Assembly (NCBI GenBank): GCA_964501535.1
Contig: CAZCSV010000002.1
Location: 413,960-477,959, forward strand
DNA: 64,000 bases
Direction: 5' to 3'
From: an uncultured Ignavibacteriaceae bacterium
GTDB taxonomy: Bacteria; Bacteroidota; Ignavibacteria; Tepidaquicellales; Tepidaquicellaceae
Below, piece after piece: positions 10,092 to 19,065 of the stretch. Both the position numbers and the translations under genes were made by a program. Every line of letters begins with the position of its first letter. Position 1 is the stretch's first letter. The notes beneath the pieces are model-generated. The model had not been told where the DNA came from, ran no database searches, and worked only from the letters and a program-made list of their open reading frames with translations.

Positions 10092-11375
10092 ATGAAAAAC
10101 AAAGCTCAGGTTTTCGTTTGGTCGCTTTTTGATTTTGCAAATTCCTCCTATGCCGTGATTATCGTTGCATTCGTATTCGCAATCTATTTTACGGATGTCG
10201 TCTGCCAGAAGGAACCCATCGGTGATTTTTACTGGTCGCTCGGTATCAATATTTCAATGATTATCTCCGCTATTCTGAATCCCGTATGCGGAGCCCTTGC
10301 CGACCATTCCTCGAATAAAAAAAGTTTTTTGTTGTTTTTCACTCTCCTGGCTGTTGTCTCAACTGCACTTATGTATTTCACAAATGCTGGCACTGTAGCT
10401 TTTGCATTATTGCTTTTTATAATATCGAATATTGGTTTCCAGACGGGTCTGACTTTTTACGATGCATTTATCTCGGATATAGTCGAAGAAAAATATTTCA
10501 ATAAAGTATCTGCAATCGGCTATGCTGTAGGGTACGTAGGCTCTTTAGTATCCGTAATCATGGTATTTCCCTTCAAAGACAGACCGGATGTATTGTTCGT
10601 CATTACCGCAGTTTTTTATTTTGTTTTTTCGCTTCCGCTTTTCCTGTTTCTTAAAGAAAAGAAAATCCATCCCGATATTGCCGCACAGAAAATCAATTTC
10701 TTTACCTACGGATTCGTAAAGGTATACGATACATTAAAGAACATCAATAATTACAGAAACCTCAGGAATTTTTTGATTTCGTTTTTCCTGTATATAGATG
10801 CTGTGAATACTATTATATTCTTTTCCGGTATATATGCCAGCAAGTCGCTCGGATTCACTATCACGGAGCTTGCAGTATTTTTTATAATAGTCCAGATTAC
10901 AGCAATGCTCGGCTCGGTTCTGTTCGGTTTCGTCGGGGATAAATTCGGTATCCTGCGTTCGATTGTGATTACTCTGATATTCTGGATAGCAATAATATTT
11001 TTCATTTTCTTTTTTATCGAAAAAGAATCTTACGTTACGATATCGAATCTTAAAATTCATTACTTCTATATAATCGGCGGATTTGCGGGCACTTTTCTCG
11101 GCTCGACTCAGGCACTCTCAAGGGCACTTATGACAAAAATCACACCTCTCGAAATCAAGACCGAATTTTTTGGTTTTTATGCTCTGTTCGAAAAAACCTC
11201 CACACTGCTTGGTCCTCTTACATTCGGACTCGTATCCTGGCTCACCGGCTCGCAGGAAATCGCCGTGCTATCGGTTGGAATATTTTTCCTGCTTGGAATT
11301 TTAATGCTTAAAAATGTAAGGGAAAGTAATGAAATAAAAAATAAAAAATCCTGCAACTCATATTTTATCGAATAA
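10092..11375 (+). CDS. MFS transporter, UMF1/Atg22-like family
   Basis: 427-aa ORF with about 12 TM helices and the N-terminal motif WSLFDFANSSYAVII typical of UMF1-type MFS. Confidence 0.75.
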   Translation: MKNKAQVFVWSLFDFANSSYAVIIVAFVFAIYFTDVVCQKEPIGDFYWSLGINISMIISAILNPVCGALADHSSNKKSFLLFFTLLAVVSTALMYFTNAGTVAFALLLFIISNIGFQTGLTFYDAFISDIVEEKYFNKVSAIGYAVGYVGSLVSVIMVFPFKDRPDVLFVITAVFYFVFSLPLFLFLKEKKIHPDIAAQKINFFTYGFVKVYDTLKNINNYRNLRNFLISFFLYIDAVNTIIFFSGIYASKSLGFTITELAVFFIIVQITAMLGSVLFGFVGDKFGILRSIVITLIFWIAIIFFIFFFIEKESYVTISNLKIHYFYIIGGFAGTFLGSTQALSRALMTKITPLEIKTEFFGFYALFEKTSTLLGPLTFGLVSWLTGSQEIAVLSVGIFFLLGILMLKNVRESNEIKNKKSCNSYFIE

Positions 11376-11411
11376 AAATTGCAGGATAAAAATATTTTAT
11401 AACCTTACTCT

Positions 11412-13055
11412 TTATTTCACCACAACAAATTTTTTCGTATCCGTATACCTGCTCCCGTTTTTGTTTATGTGTTCGAGTTTATAGAAATACGTACCCGAGG
11501 CAATGTTGCCGGCGGTGAATTGTGTCTCATAGATTCCCGCTGATTGCTCTTCGTTTACCAGTGTGGTGACAAGGTGTCCGAGCATATCATAGACTTTCAG
11601 CGAAACGAAACCGCCGTTTGTAATTTGATATTTAATATTAGTCGCCGGATTAAACGGATTCGGATAGTTCTGAAAAAGTTTAAATGATGTAGGGATTTCG
11701 GATTCTATTTTATTTACACTTACGGAGTTTAGGTCGATTATACTCGACCAGATTTGATAAACGCTGAAACCGGGGTATTTAGCCATCCATACGGGGTATA
11801 ATTTTCCGTTTGCAGATACAATACCTATGTTATCCCCCTGATTTCCGGCTCCTCCGAGAGCAACCGGCTGAGGGTAAAATTTTTCTGCGGTGATCACATA
11901 ATCACGCCATGTAAAACCTCCATCCTGTGAACGTGAAAGATACATCTGTACGGAATCTCCGGAAGGGGAATTTCTCGTATCATAATAGATAATGCTGATT
12001 CCTCCGTTATTATCCACATCGAGTGCAGGGAAGTACTGCACTTTTCCGTTGTTTATTGCGTCCTGATTTACCCTTACACCGGATGACCACGTATTTCCGC
12101 CGTCGGTCGAGCGGTGCAATACTATATCCGGGTCGGTACCCGCCGGAGAAAGATTCTTTTCGTTCGTAACTATATAAATCCAGCCGTTTCTGCTTCCGCC
12201 GCTTTTGTCGATTGCAATCCATGGGTAACCGTTGACACGGATATCCCAAGGTGCGAGCTGTGATGTGAATATTCCGTTGCATGAATATATGGTTTCGTTA
12301 ACGCTCCAGTTGTTCCCGCCGTTGGTTGATTTGCCGAAACCTATATTAAGCTCGTTGAAAGGGCTTGTATTTTTGGATGAAGCCCAGGCAATATAAACCT
12401 GACTCTGTTCCCCGACCGCAATATTGGGACCGTTGGAATTTCTGCCCGGAATTGAATTGTTTATTTGCGGAACAGGGAATACCCAGCTCTGCCCGTTGTT
12501 TGTAGTGTAACTGAAAATTATTACATACGGAGTCAGAATCATCGTTGTAGTGTTGTATATTCTTCCGTAATAAGAACTGCTTGGAATGTCGTCGATTGCT
12601 ACGGAACTTTTAAGCTGCTCGTTTGATGTTGCAAAGCATGCAATCGGCGAAGACCAGTTAGCACCCATATTTGTAGAATAGTTCGAATAAGTCCTGTTTG
12701 ACTGTATGCTGAAAGAATGGAAATGCGAAATCAATAACGTTCCGTCAAGTCCAATCATTGGTCCGGGGTCGCCGTTGTGGAATGACGAGAAGCCGTCGTT
12801 TATGATATCATAGCCAAACCAGTTCAGTCCTCCGTTCGTGGAAAGATAACAGCCTTCATTTCTTATTAAGGATGTTAAATTCAAAGTGAAAGAACTTGCA
12901 AAAAGCATTTGAGGATTAGTCGGGTGTTTGACAATAAGTGGTTCAATCTGATTTATATTGGACGGGAATATCCTGTAAATCGGAAATTGAGAAAACCCTG
13001 TATTATAAATGAGTAAGTAAATAAAAATAATTAACGTTTTATGCAAATTCTTCAT
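11412..13055 (-). CDS. Secreted BNR/Asp-box repeat (sialidase-like beta-propeller) protein with T9SS C-terminal sorting domain
   Basis: 547-aa ORF with a signal peptide. It has six Asp-box-like repeats (STNGGLNW, STNMGANW, TTNNGQSW, STNGGNNW, STDGGNTW, SQDGGFTW). The C-terminus is FQNYPNPFNPATNIKYQI...YFYKL. Confidence 0.75.
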   Translation of the reverse strand: MKNLHKTLIIFIYLLIYNTGFSQFPIYRIFPSNINQIEPLIVKHPTNPQMLFASSFTLNLTSLIRNEGCYLSTNGGLNWFGYDIINDGFSSFHNGDPGPMIGLDGTLLISHFHSFSIQSNRTYSNYSTNMGANWSSPIACFATSNEQLKSSVAIDDIPSSSYYGRIYNTTTMILTPYVIIFSYTTNNGQSWVFPVPQINNSIPGRNSNGPNIAVGEQSQVYIAWASSKNTSPFNELNIGFGKSTNGGNNWSVNETIYSCNGIFTSQLAPWDIRVNGYPWIAIDKSGGSRNGWIYIVTNEKNLSPAGTDPDIVLHRSTDGGNTWSSGVRVNQDAINNGKVQYFPALDVDNNGGISIIYYDTRNSPSGDSVQMYLSRSQDGGFTWRDYVITAEKFYPQPVALGGAGNQGDNIGIVSANGKLYPVWMAKYPGFSVYQIWSSIIDLNSVSVNKIESEIPTSFKLFQNYPNPFNPATNIKYQITNGGFVSLKVYDMLGHLVTTLVNEEQSAGIYETQFTAGNIASGTYFYKLEHINKNGSRYTDTKKFVVVK

Positions 13056-13083
13056 GCTTTAAATCCTTTTCTTTTTAAAATTT

Positions 13084-13118
13084 ATGCACAGGGGAAATAT
13101 ACAAATTCCCCCGTGCAT
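13084..13118 (-). terminator. Hairpin terminator downstream of the TonB-dependent receptor
   Basis: An 11-bp stem TGCACAGGGGA/TCCCCCGTGCA with one mismatch lies directly after the stop at 13125. The following sequence on the minus strand is T-rich. Confidence 0.55.
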
Positions 13119-13124
13119 TTGATA

Positions 13125-15266
13125 CTACTTATTAAATATATAACTAAGAGTCAGTCCGCCGAAGAAGTTTCTTCCGGGTCCTGCCTCATAATATCTCCCG
13201 TTCATATCGTTTATGTTAATGTATGAGACGTATTTTTTATCGCTTAAATTATCGACTCCAACATAAGCATTTATGTTGAAACCTTGATAGTTCACTGCAA
13301 ATCCGCACTGACCGCCGAGGAGAAAATATTCTTCGGTTTTAAGGCTGTCAACATTTTTATCGTTTACGTACATAGAGCCTACGTATCTGATGTTGCCTTT
13401 TATATATGCTGTATAGTATTTTTCGAACGTATGGCTATACCCGAGTTCGGAACCCAGCTGGTGCTCAGGTACAGTGGGAACTATATGTTCGCTGTAGTCT
13501 TCAATAGTTTCCTTAAACGGGGAGGGATCGATAATTAAGGCTTTGTAGTCAATATACTTGAAGTTCGAATAAGTATATGCCGCCCTTAGTGTTAAGCCTT
13601 TAAAAATATCGGTATTAAATCCTGCTTCCAAACCGTATCTCCTTGTTTTACCTGCATTCCTGTAAAAATAAGCATTATCATATACAAAAGGAACGATTTC
13701 ATCCTGAATTAAACTGTGGAAGAAAGTAAGTTCTGCAAAAGTATTTCTGAAATATTTATTTTTAATTCCGCTTAAACTTCCTTTGATTCCGAACTCAAAA
13801 TTTGTGGATTTCTGAGCTTGCAAATCAGGATTTATCGTTGTTCTTCCGTTGTTGGAAGAAGCGGGATAATTATCGAGCTCATTGTTTGCAGGAGAATCGA
13901 AACCAAGTCCGAAAGAAGTATATACTGCTATTTTTGGAGTCAGTTTATAATTCAGTGCAACTTTCGGTGTAAACCTGTCGAAAGTTCTGGAGGTATCGGA
14001 ACCGGTGTTCTGCCAGTCTTCGGATATGTATGTTACCCTGTCATATCTTCCCGAGAACATAAAATCCATTTTTCCGGGTAGTAGGGAATACTGGTCAAGC
14101 AGGTAAAATCCAACGTTTGTTAGTTTTTCGTTCAATATCGCTTTTGAGATATCGCCTTTTTGACCGTTGACATTATCGAAATAGTTCATCGGACCGCCCT
14201 GATAGAATAAGTCGCCTCCTATGGTAAATTCGTTGTTCCTCTTACCGATTGTGGAATGATTTATATATTTAAATGAAGCTCCTAACCCGCTTCTGCTGAA
14301 TATTCTGTAGCGGCTGTCGGTTCTCTCCAGATTTTTAATGGTACCGTATCCCGTTAGCTCTATTATGTTCGCATCATTCTTGCCGAATCGCGTGTTATAA
14401 GTAATACCGATTCTGCCCTTCATGGTAACACGTTTCAAATCCCTTGCTGTCGTGGTGGCGTCAGTTCCGTTGGGATTTTTGTTGTATTCCTCTAAGGTTT
14501 GAGAACCCGGTAATTTGATTAGACCGTTTACATAATATCCGAATATCTTTAAAGTCGTTCTCGCACTGACTTCAGAAATTAATGTGGAGTTAATTCTTGA
14601 TTGATATTCCTCACTATGGTCTCTGAATCCCTTGTAATTTTCGTAGCTTGATGTAAGCATAAACCTTGTCGTTCCCGAATTTAAACCGACTTTAATTCCG
14701 TTTTTCCTTAATCCGAATTCACCGATATTATTATCGAGCAGAGCAAAATTTCTTGTGAAATCGACATCGGTGAGGAAGTTAATCACTCCGCCCGGTGCAT
14801 TGGTGTAAAGAGATGAAGAATTACCTTTTACGACTTCGATTTTTCCAATAGACGTGAAATCTATGGCTTCGATTCTTGTCTGACCATCCGGCTCAGACTC
14901 GGGAATGCCATCGAGCAGGATTCTGACTCCCCTGATACCCGAATTTGAACGGCTTCCGAATCCTCGAATGGCAATACGAACATCATGATTACCGTATCGT
15001 GATTGAAAGAATACTCCCGGTACAAAATTCAGGACCTCATTAACTGCCTGTTTTCGTGTAGTCTGCCATTGAGTCTGGTCTATTCGATTTACGGAATATG
15101 GAATGTCAATAATTTTCTTTTCTGTTCTGGTTCCGGTTATAACCACTTCTTCAGTTTCATAATAGTTTGTATCAATTTGCGAATACAAATCGGATACTAA
15201 ATAAAAACTAAAAAGAAAAACAGAAAATAATATAATTTTTCTCATATTTTTATTTTTTAAATTCAT
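13125..15266 (-). CDS. TonB-dependent outer-membrane receptor
   Basis: 713-aa ORF with a signal peptide and plug-domain motifs (EEVVITGTRTEK, VRGFGSRS..GIRGVRILLDGIPE). A long beta-barrel follows, with alternating-pattern strands and a C-terminal aromatic-rich strand. Confidence 0.85.
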   Translation of the reverse strand: MNLKNKNMRKIILFSVFLFSFYLVSDLYSQIDTNYYETEEVVITGTRTEKKIIDIPYSVNRIDQTQWQTTRKQAVNEVLNFVPGVFFQSRYGNHDVRIAIRGFGSRSNSGIRGVRILLDGIPESEPDGQTRIEAIDFTSIGKIEVVKGNSSSLYTNAPGGVINFLTDVDFTRNFALLDNNIGEFGLRKNGIKVGLNSGTTRFMLTSSYENYKGFRDHSEEYQSRINSTLISEVSARTTLKIFGYYVNGLIKLPGSQTLEEYNKNPNGTDATTTARDLKRVTMKGRIGITYNTRFGKNDANIIELTGYGTIKNLERTDSRYRIFSRSGLGASFKYINHSTIGKRNNEFTIGGDLFYQGGPMNYFDNVNGQKGDISKAILNEKLTNVGFYLLDQYSLLPGKMDFMFSGRYDRVTYISEDWQNTGSDTSRTFDRFTPKVALNYKLTPKIAVYTSFGLGFDSPANNELDNYPASSNNGRTTINPDLQAQKSTNFEFGIKGSLSGIKNKYFRNTFAELTFFHSLIQDEIVPFVYDNAYFYRNAGKTRRYGLEAGFNTDIFKGLTLRAAYTYSNFKYIDYKALIIDPSPFKETIEDYSEHIVPTVPEHQLGSELGYSHTFEKYYTAYIKGNIRYVGSMYVNDKNVDSLKTEEYFLLGGQCGFAVNYQGFNINAYVGVDNLSDKKYVSYININDMNGRYYEAGPGRNFFGGLTLSYIFNK

Positions 15267-15314
15267 AAAATTTAATGCTAAAAATCGATTTAGATTTTAA
15301 TAGCAAAAACAAAT

Positions 15315-15845
15315 CTATATACGATTCTTAGGGGGCGGGGTGGGAATATCTATTGAAATACCAAAAATAGGAAAAAAAATGAATTCGTAGCATATATCCT
15401 TATTCGTTAGATATAAGCCGTCGTACTTTAATGGTAGACCGGCATCACTGATTAGTGTGTTCACTATCGATGCGGCTCTTGAATATTTATCGTTAAGACT
15501 TTTTGCAAAATACATTGAAAACAGTTCGTTCAGGTTCGTTTCGTTTTCATCGCATATGGCATTAATTTTTACCTTATCATTCTCATATTCTATTCTCGAT
15601 ATATCATACATTTTTCCGTGATACATTATTTCATGAGGCTCTACGAAGTAAAACTCTTCGTTCTGATTATCGAACTCTGCTTTTGTTAGTTCAATAGTGG
15701 TTAAATCGTTTTTGTTGATGAAGTTTTCGAGTTTGCTGCGGGCTTCTTTTTTGAAGTAAGATTTCAGTTGAAAAAATACAATAACATATCCTGCTGAATT
15801 AAATAACAGCATTAAAACAAGCAGTATTGAAATTGCCCTTTTCAA
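15315..15845 (-). CDS. Small N-terminally anchored protein of unknown function, paralog A
   Basis: The ORF extends to 15878 (TTG). An in-frame TTG at 15843-15845 aligns exactly with the ATG of paralog 16475..17005, giving 176 aa for both. The two are about 65-70% identical (ISILLVLML.FNSAGYVI..FQLKSYFKKEA ... FYFVEPHEI.YHGKMYDISRIE ... DIP.PPP). Confidence 0.65.
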   Translation of the reverse strand: MKRAISILLVLMLLFNSAGYVIVFFQLKSYFKKEARSKLENFINKNDLTTIELTKAEFDNQNEEFYFVEPHEIMYHGKMYDISRIEYENDKVKINAICDENETNLNELFSMYFAKSLNDKYSRAASIVNTLISDAGLPLKYDGLYLTNKDICYEFIFFPIFGISIDIPTPPPKNRI

Positions 15846-16062
15846 GTTATTTAATATTTTATTTAAATACTTGAACAAATTAATATATTAATTTTTTCCT
15901 AAAAAATACACACATATTTTTTCGGGATATAACAGCCACTAAGACCAAAAATTTTTTCTAAAAAATATATCATTTTATTTTAAAATAATTAATTATTTCA
16001 CAAAACAAGTATATAATTAATAAATCAATTATTTTAAAACAAACCTTTCAATATAAAACATT

Positions 16063-16310
16063 CCAGGAAGCGGGATGTGAGGAAGTAGCACCCCGCTTAC
16101 CTGTGAATGCATCTTTAGCAATCTTCTTAAATATGAGAAGAAACTCTTTTTTTTTGATTATTAAGCACTCTAAGGCGTAGGTGAGAGATAGAACACCTTG
16201 CTGACCTTAAAGCGTATCTTTAGCAATCTTCTATTAATATGAAAAAGAAAAATTATTTTTTTACATTTTTTATTCCATTAAAGCGGATGTGAAAACATTA
16301 AATCCGCTTC
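16063..16310. repeat. Three tandem hairpin units at about 105-nt period; two also carry an identical 16-nt box ATCTTTAGCAATCTTC
   Basis: GC-rich hairpins are at 16065-16102, 16171-16209 and 16281-16309. The identical box is at 16111-16126 and 16216-16231. On the plus strand, each of the first two units ends in an AT hairpin plus a T-run (16146-16155; 16256-16262). Confidence 0.6.
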
Positions 16311-16474
16311 GCCAATATTACTTTCCCGCATGATTTTTATTTATGGGGATAAATAAAACTTCAATAAATATTTAAATATTTATTCGTTAAACGAAATAAT
16401 AATTTTAAATACGATTTATTTGCAGGAAAACAAATATCTGCATTAGAATAATTAAACAGTAAAAAATTAATTTT

Positions 16475-17005
16475 TCATGATAAGAATCTCGGAGGAGGTA
16501 ACGGGATATCGATTATGATATTTTGAAGTGGATAAGATATTTCATTTTTGAATAAAAATTTTCGCAGGTTTGAGATACCATCGAATTTGTTCGGCAAACC
16601 GGCATCACCGATTAAATTATGTATTATTGATGCGGTTTTTGAGTATTTGTCATTTAAACTTCGAGTAAAAAACAGTGCAAACAGATTATTCAGATTTGTC
16701 TCGTTATCATCGCTTAAAGCTATTATTCTTACGTAGTTTCCTTCGAATTCTATTCTCGAAATATCATACATCTTTCCGTGGTATTTTATCTCGTGCGGCT
16801 CTACAAAATAAAAATTTTCGTTCTGATTTTCGAATTCGTATCTGGTCAGTATTATGGTGGTTAAATCATCCTGCTTTACGTAATTTTCCAGCTTTCTGAA
16901 AGCTTCTTTTTTAAAATAAGATTTAAGTTGAAAATATATGATTACATAACCTGCGGAATTAAATACCAACATTAGGACTAGTAATATTGAAATGATTCTT
17001 TTCAA
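16475..17005 (-). CDS. Small N-terminally anchored protein of unknown function, paralog B
   Basis: 176-aa ORF with an ATG start. It is homologous along its full length to 15315..15845. Confidence 0.7.
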   Translation of the reverse strand: MKRIISILLVLMLVFNSAGYVIIYFQLKSYFKKEAFRKLENYVKQDDLTTIILTRYEFENQNENFYFVEPHEIKYHGKMYDISRIEFEGNYVRIIALSDDNETNLNNLFALFFTRSLNDKYSKTASIIHNLIGDAGLPNKFDGISNLRKFLFKNEISYPLQNIIIDIPLPPPRFLS

Positions 17006-17078
17006 TTAAATCCATTTCTCCTTAAACTTAATTTATAAAGAAAAAATGAATAGTTCAAGAATTAAAAAAATATCATTT

Positions 17079-17804
17079 TTACCCTAATTTTTCTTTTAGT
17101 ACACTTGCATAACGGCGACTCATTGTATACGGTTGTTCAATTCCCTTTAAGTATACTTGGTAAGAATGATTGAACCATTTGTCTATTTTTTGTATATAAT
17201 TCAGATTGATTATTGTGGATCTGTGAATTCTAATAAAATGATTTTCGGGAAGTCGTATCTCCCATTCACGCATTGCTTTTGATGTCAATCCTTTTATCGA
17301 ATCAGAAGTAATAATTTCCGTATAGTCTTTGGAAGCATTTACGGAAATTATCGAACTTATCTTAATAAATCTCATTTGAGAATTTATAAGTAGAAATATG
17401 TTATCTTCATATGCTAATTTTCTAGAGAAAATTTGTTTGTTTGAGCTGTTTTGAAAAAGCCTTTCAACAGCTCTTTTTAATCTTAAAGGAGTAACAGGTT
17501 TTAGTAGATAATCCAGAGCATTAACCTCGAACGCCCTGATAGCATATTCATCGAATGCAGTAACGAATATGATTTTTATGTTTTGATTTATTTTATCGAG
17601 TAGTGTAAATCCCGAACTACCTGGCATTTGAATATCGAGAAAAATAACGTCAGGTTTTGTTTTCTTAATAATATCGAGAGCGGAATCTACATTACCAGCT
17701 TCACCAATAATATTAATATCCGGAAAATCTTTTAACATTGAAATAAGTTCTTTTCTTGCCAACCTTTCATCATCAACAATAATTGCATTGTAATTGCGAC
17801 TCAT
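17079..17804 (-). CDS. LytTR-family (LytR/AlgR) response regulator
   Basis: 241-aa ORF with a receiver domain (IIVDDE ... DVIFLDIQMPG ... VTAFDEYAIRAFE) and a C-terminal LytTR DNA-binding domain (IRIHRSTIINLNYI). Confidence 0.85.
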   Translation of the reverse strand: MSRNYNAIIVDDERLARKELISMLKDFPDINIIGEAGNVDSALDIIKKTKPDVIFLDIQMPGSSGFTLLDKINQNIKIIFVTAFDEYAIRAFEVNALDYLLKPVTPLRLKRAVERLFQNSSNKQIFSRKLAYEDNIFLLINSQMRFIKISSIISVNASKDYTEIITSDSIKGLTSKAMREWEIRLPENHFIRIHRSTIINLNYIQKIDKWFNHSYQVYLKGIEQPYTMSRRYASVLKEKLG

Positions 17805-18871
17805 ATTTTTTTAATTTTAATTTTAACTATAACTTTTACTTCAGTTTGTTCGATATTAAACGAAAAATTTTCACTGAAAGCATTATCGAGCCTGGCTTTT
17901 ACATTTTCTATTCCGGTTCCGGTTCCCTTATCAATCTCCATAATTTTTTCTTTTTCGGAAATCCATTTACCTGTGTTTTCTATATTAATTTCAAGTTCAT
18001 CTTTTAAAACTCTTGCGTTAATCCAGATTTTTAATGGTAATTCGCTTGTTCTCATACCGTACTTTACAGCATTTTCGACGATTGGATAAATAAAGAAACT
18101 TAGAACTGGAAATTCCTCAGCAGATGGTTCGATATCAAAATTTACTTCGAGATTTTCCTCGTAACGGATTTTTTGAATTTCAAAATAATGTTTTATTGCT
18201 TCGAGTTCGTTTTTTAAAGGCACGTTACTGAAATTTTTACTTAATAACGAGTATCTTAAAAATTCAGATAATTCATTTATTACTTCTTTTGCTTTTAGCC
18301 TGTCTTCTTCTACAAGAGCTTTAATCGTATTTAAAGAGTTAAACAAAAAATGCGGGTTCAACTGATATCGAAGCATTTGAAGCTGGGCTTTATGTGCAAG
18401 CAAGTCGGCTTTTTCAGCTCGTTGTTTTTCCGAATCCCATTCATACCATAAATTAATAATGTAGTAAAAACCACTCCATGCCACAAGCGTAGGAATTCTT
18501 GATATTATAGTTCCTTCAATGCTTAACAACGTTCTTGAAGTTATAGCAGATGAACCGACAATAACATTACTTAATAATGCATCAGCTATAAACCAAATGT
18601 GGGTAGAAATGATGCATATTATAGTAATCCACAAAGCTGTTAAAAGAATCGAGCGTTTTTTATAACCGATTTTTCTGTAAATTAATCTCAACCCGATGCT
18701 GAATAAAAAACCTGTAAAATAAGTAATTGCAATTCCTACAACAGTGATATAATCATTTAATTTGTGAGAATAAAAAAGAAATAGTATTAAAAGGTACAAT
18801 GCTAGCCATCCGCTAATATTCAATATCCAAAAAAGGAAATTTTTGTTGTTGCTTATTTTTACGAAAATCAT
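17801..18871 (-). CDS. LytS/YehU-type sensor histidine kinase
   Basis: 356-aa ORF with a multi-TM N-terminus, the His_kinase (PF06580-type) motif QLNPHFLFNSLNTI and a C-terminal HATPase. A 4-nt overlap links it to the response-regulator gene. Confidence 0.8.
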   Translation of the reverse strand: MIFVKISNNKNFLFWILNISGWLALYLLILFLFYSHKLNDYITVVGIAITYFTGFLFSIGLRLIYRKIGYKKRSILLTALWITIICIISTHIWFIADALLSNVIVGSSAITSRTLLSIEGTIISRIPTLVAWSGFYYIINLWYEWDSEKQRAEKADLLAHKAQLQMLRYQLNPHFLFNSLNTIKALVEEDRLKAKEVINELSEFLRYSLLSKNFSNVPLKNELEAIKHYFEIQKIRYEENLEVNFDIEPSAEEFPVLSFFIYPIVENAVKYGMRTSELPLKIWINARVLKDELEINIENTGKWISEKEKIMEIDKGTGTGIENVKARLDNAFSENFSFNIEQTEVKVIVKIKIKKI

Positions 18872-19065
18872 ATATGTAAAATAAAAGATAAATAATTAGT
18901 ATTCAGTATATTTTTCTGTAAACGGTTATTTACTTCTATGTAAGGTATAAATTAATTTTTTCCTTTAGGAGAAGATTTTAACCGTTAGTAGAAATTTATT
19001 AGTTGAATGAATTTATTCCCCGTATTTTGAGTAAAAAATATTTTAATAATTTCTAATTTTATATA

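Noticed and set aside
10734-11060. Two overlapping minus-strand ORFs (84 and 108 aa)
   Set aside because: Both lie antisense within the MFS transporter CDS and have no motifs. They are shadow ORFs.
15846-16474. Possible CRISPR array or riboswitch in the long intergenic gap upstream of the TonB-receptor operon genes
   Set aside because: It is not a CRISPR array: the period is about 105 nt, the hairpin sequences differ and no cas genes are present. I found no B12 box (GCCACTG-type core) or other riboswitch core that I recognise. I report it instead as an unclassified structured repeat.
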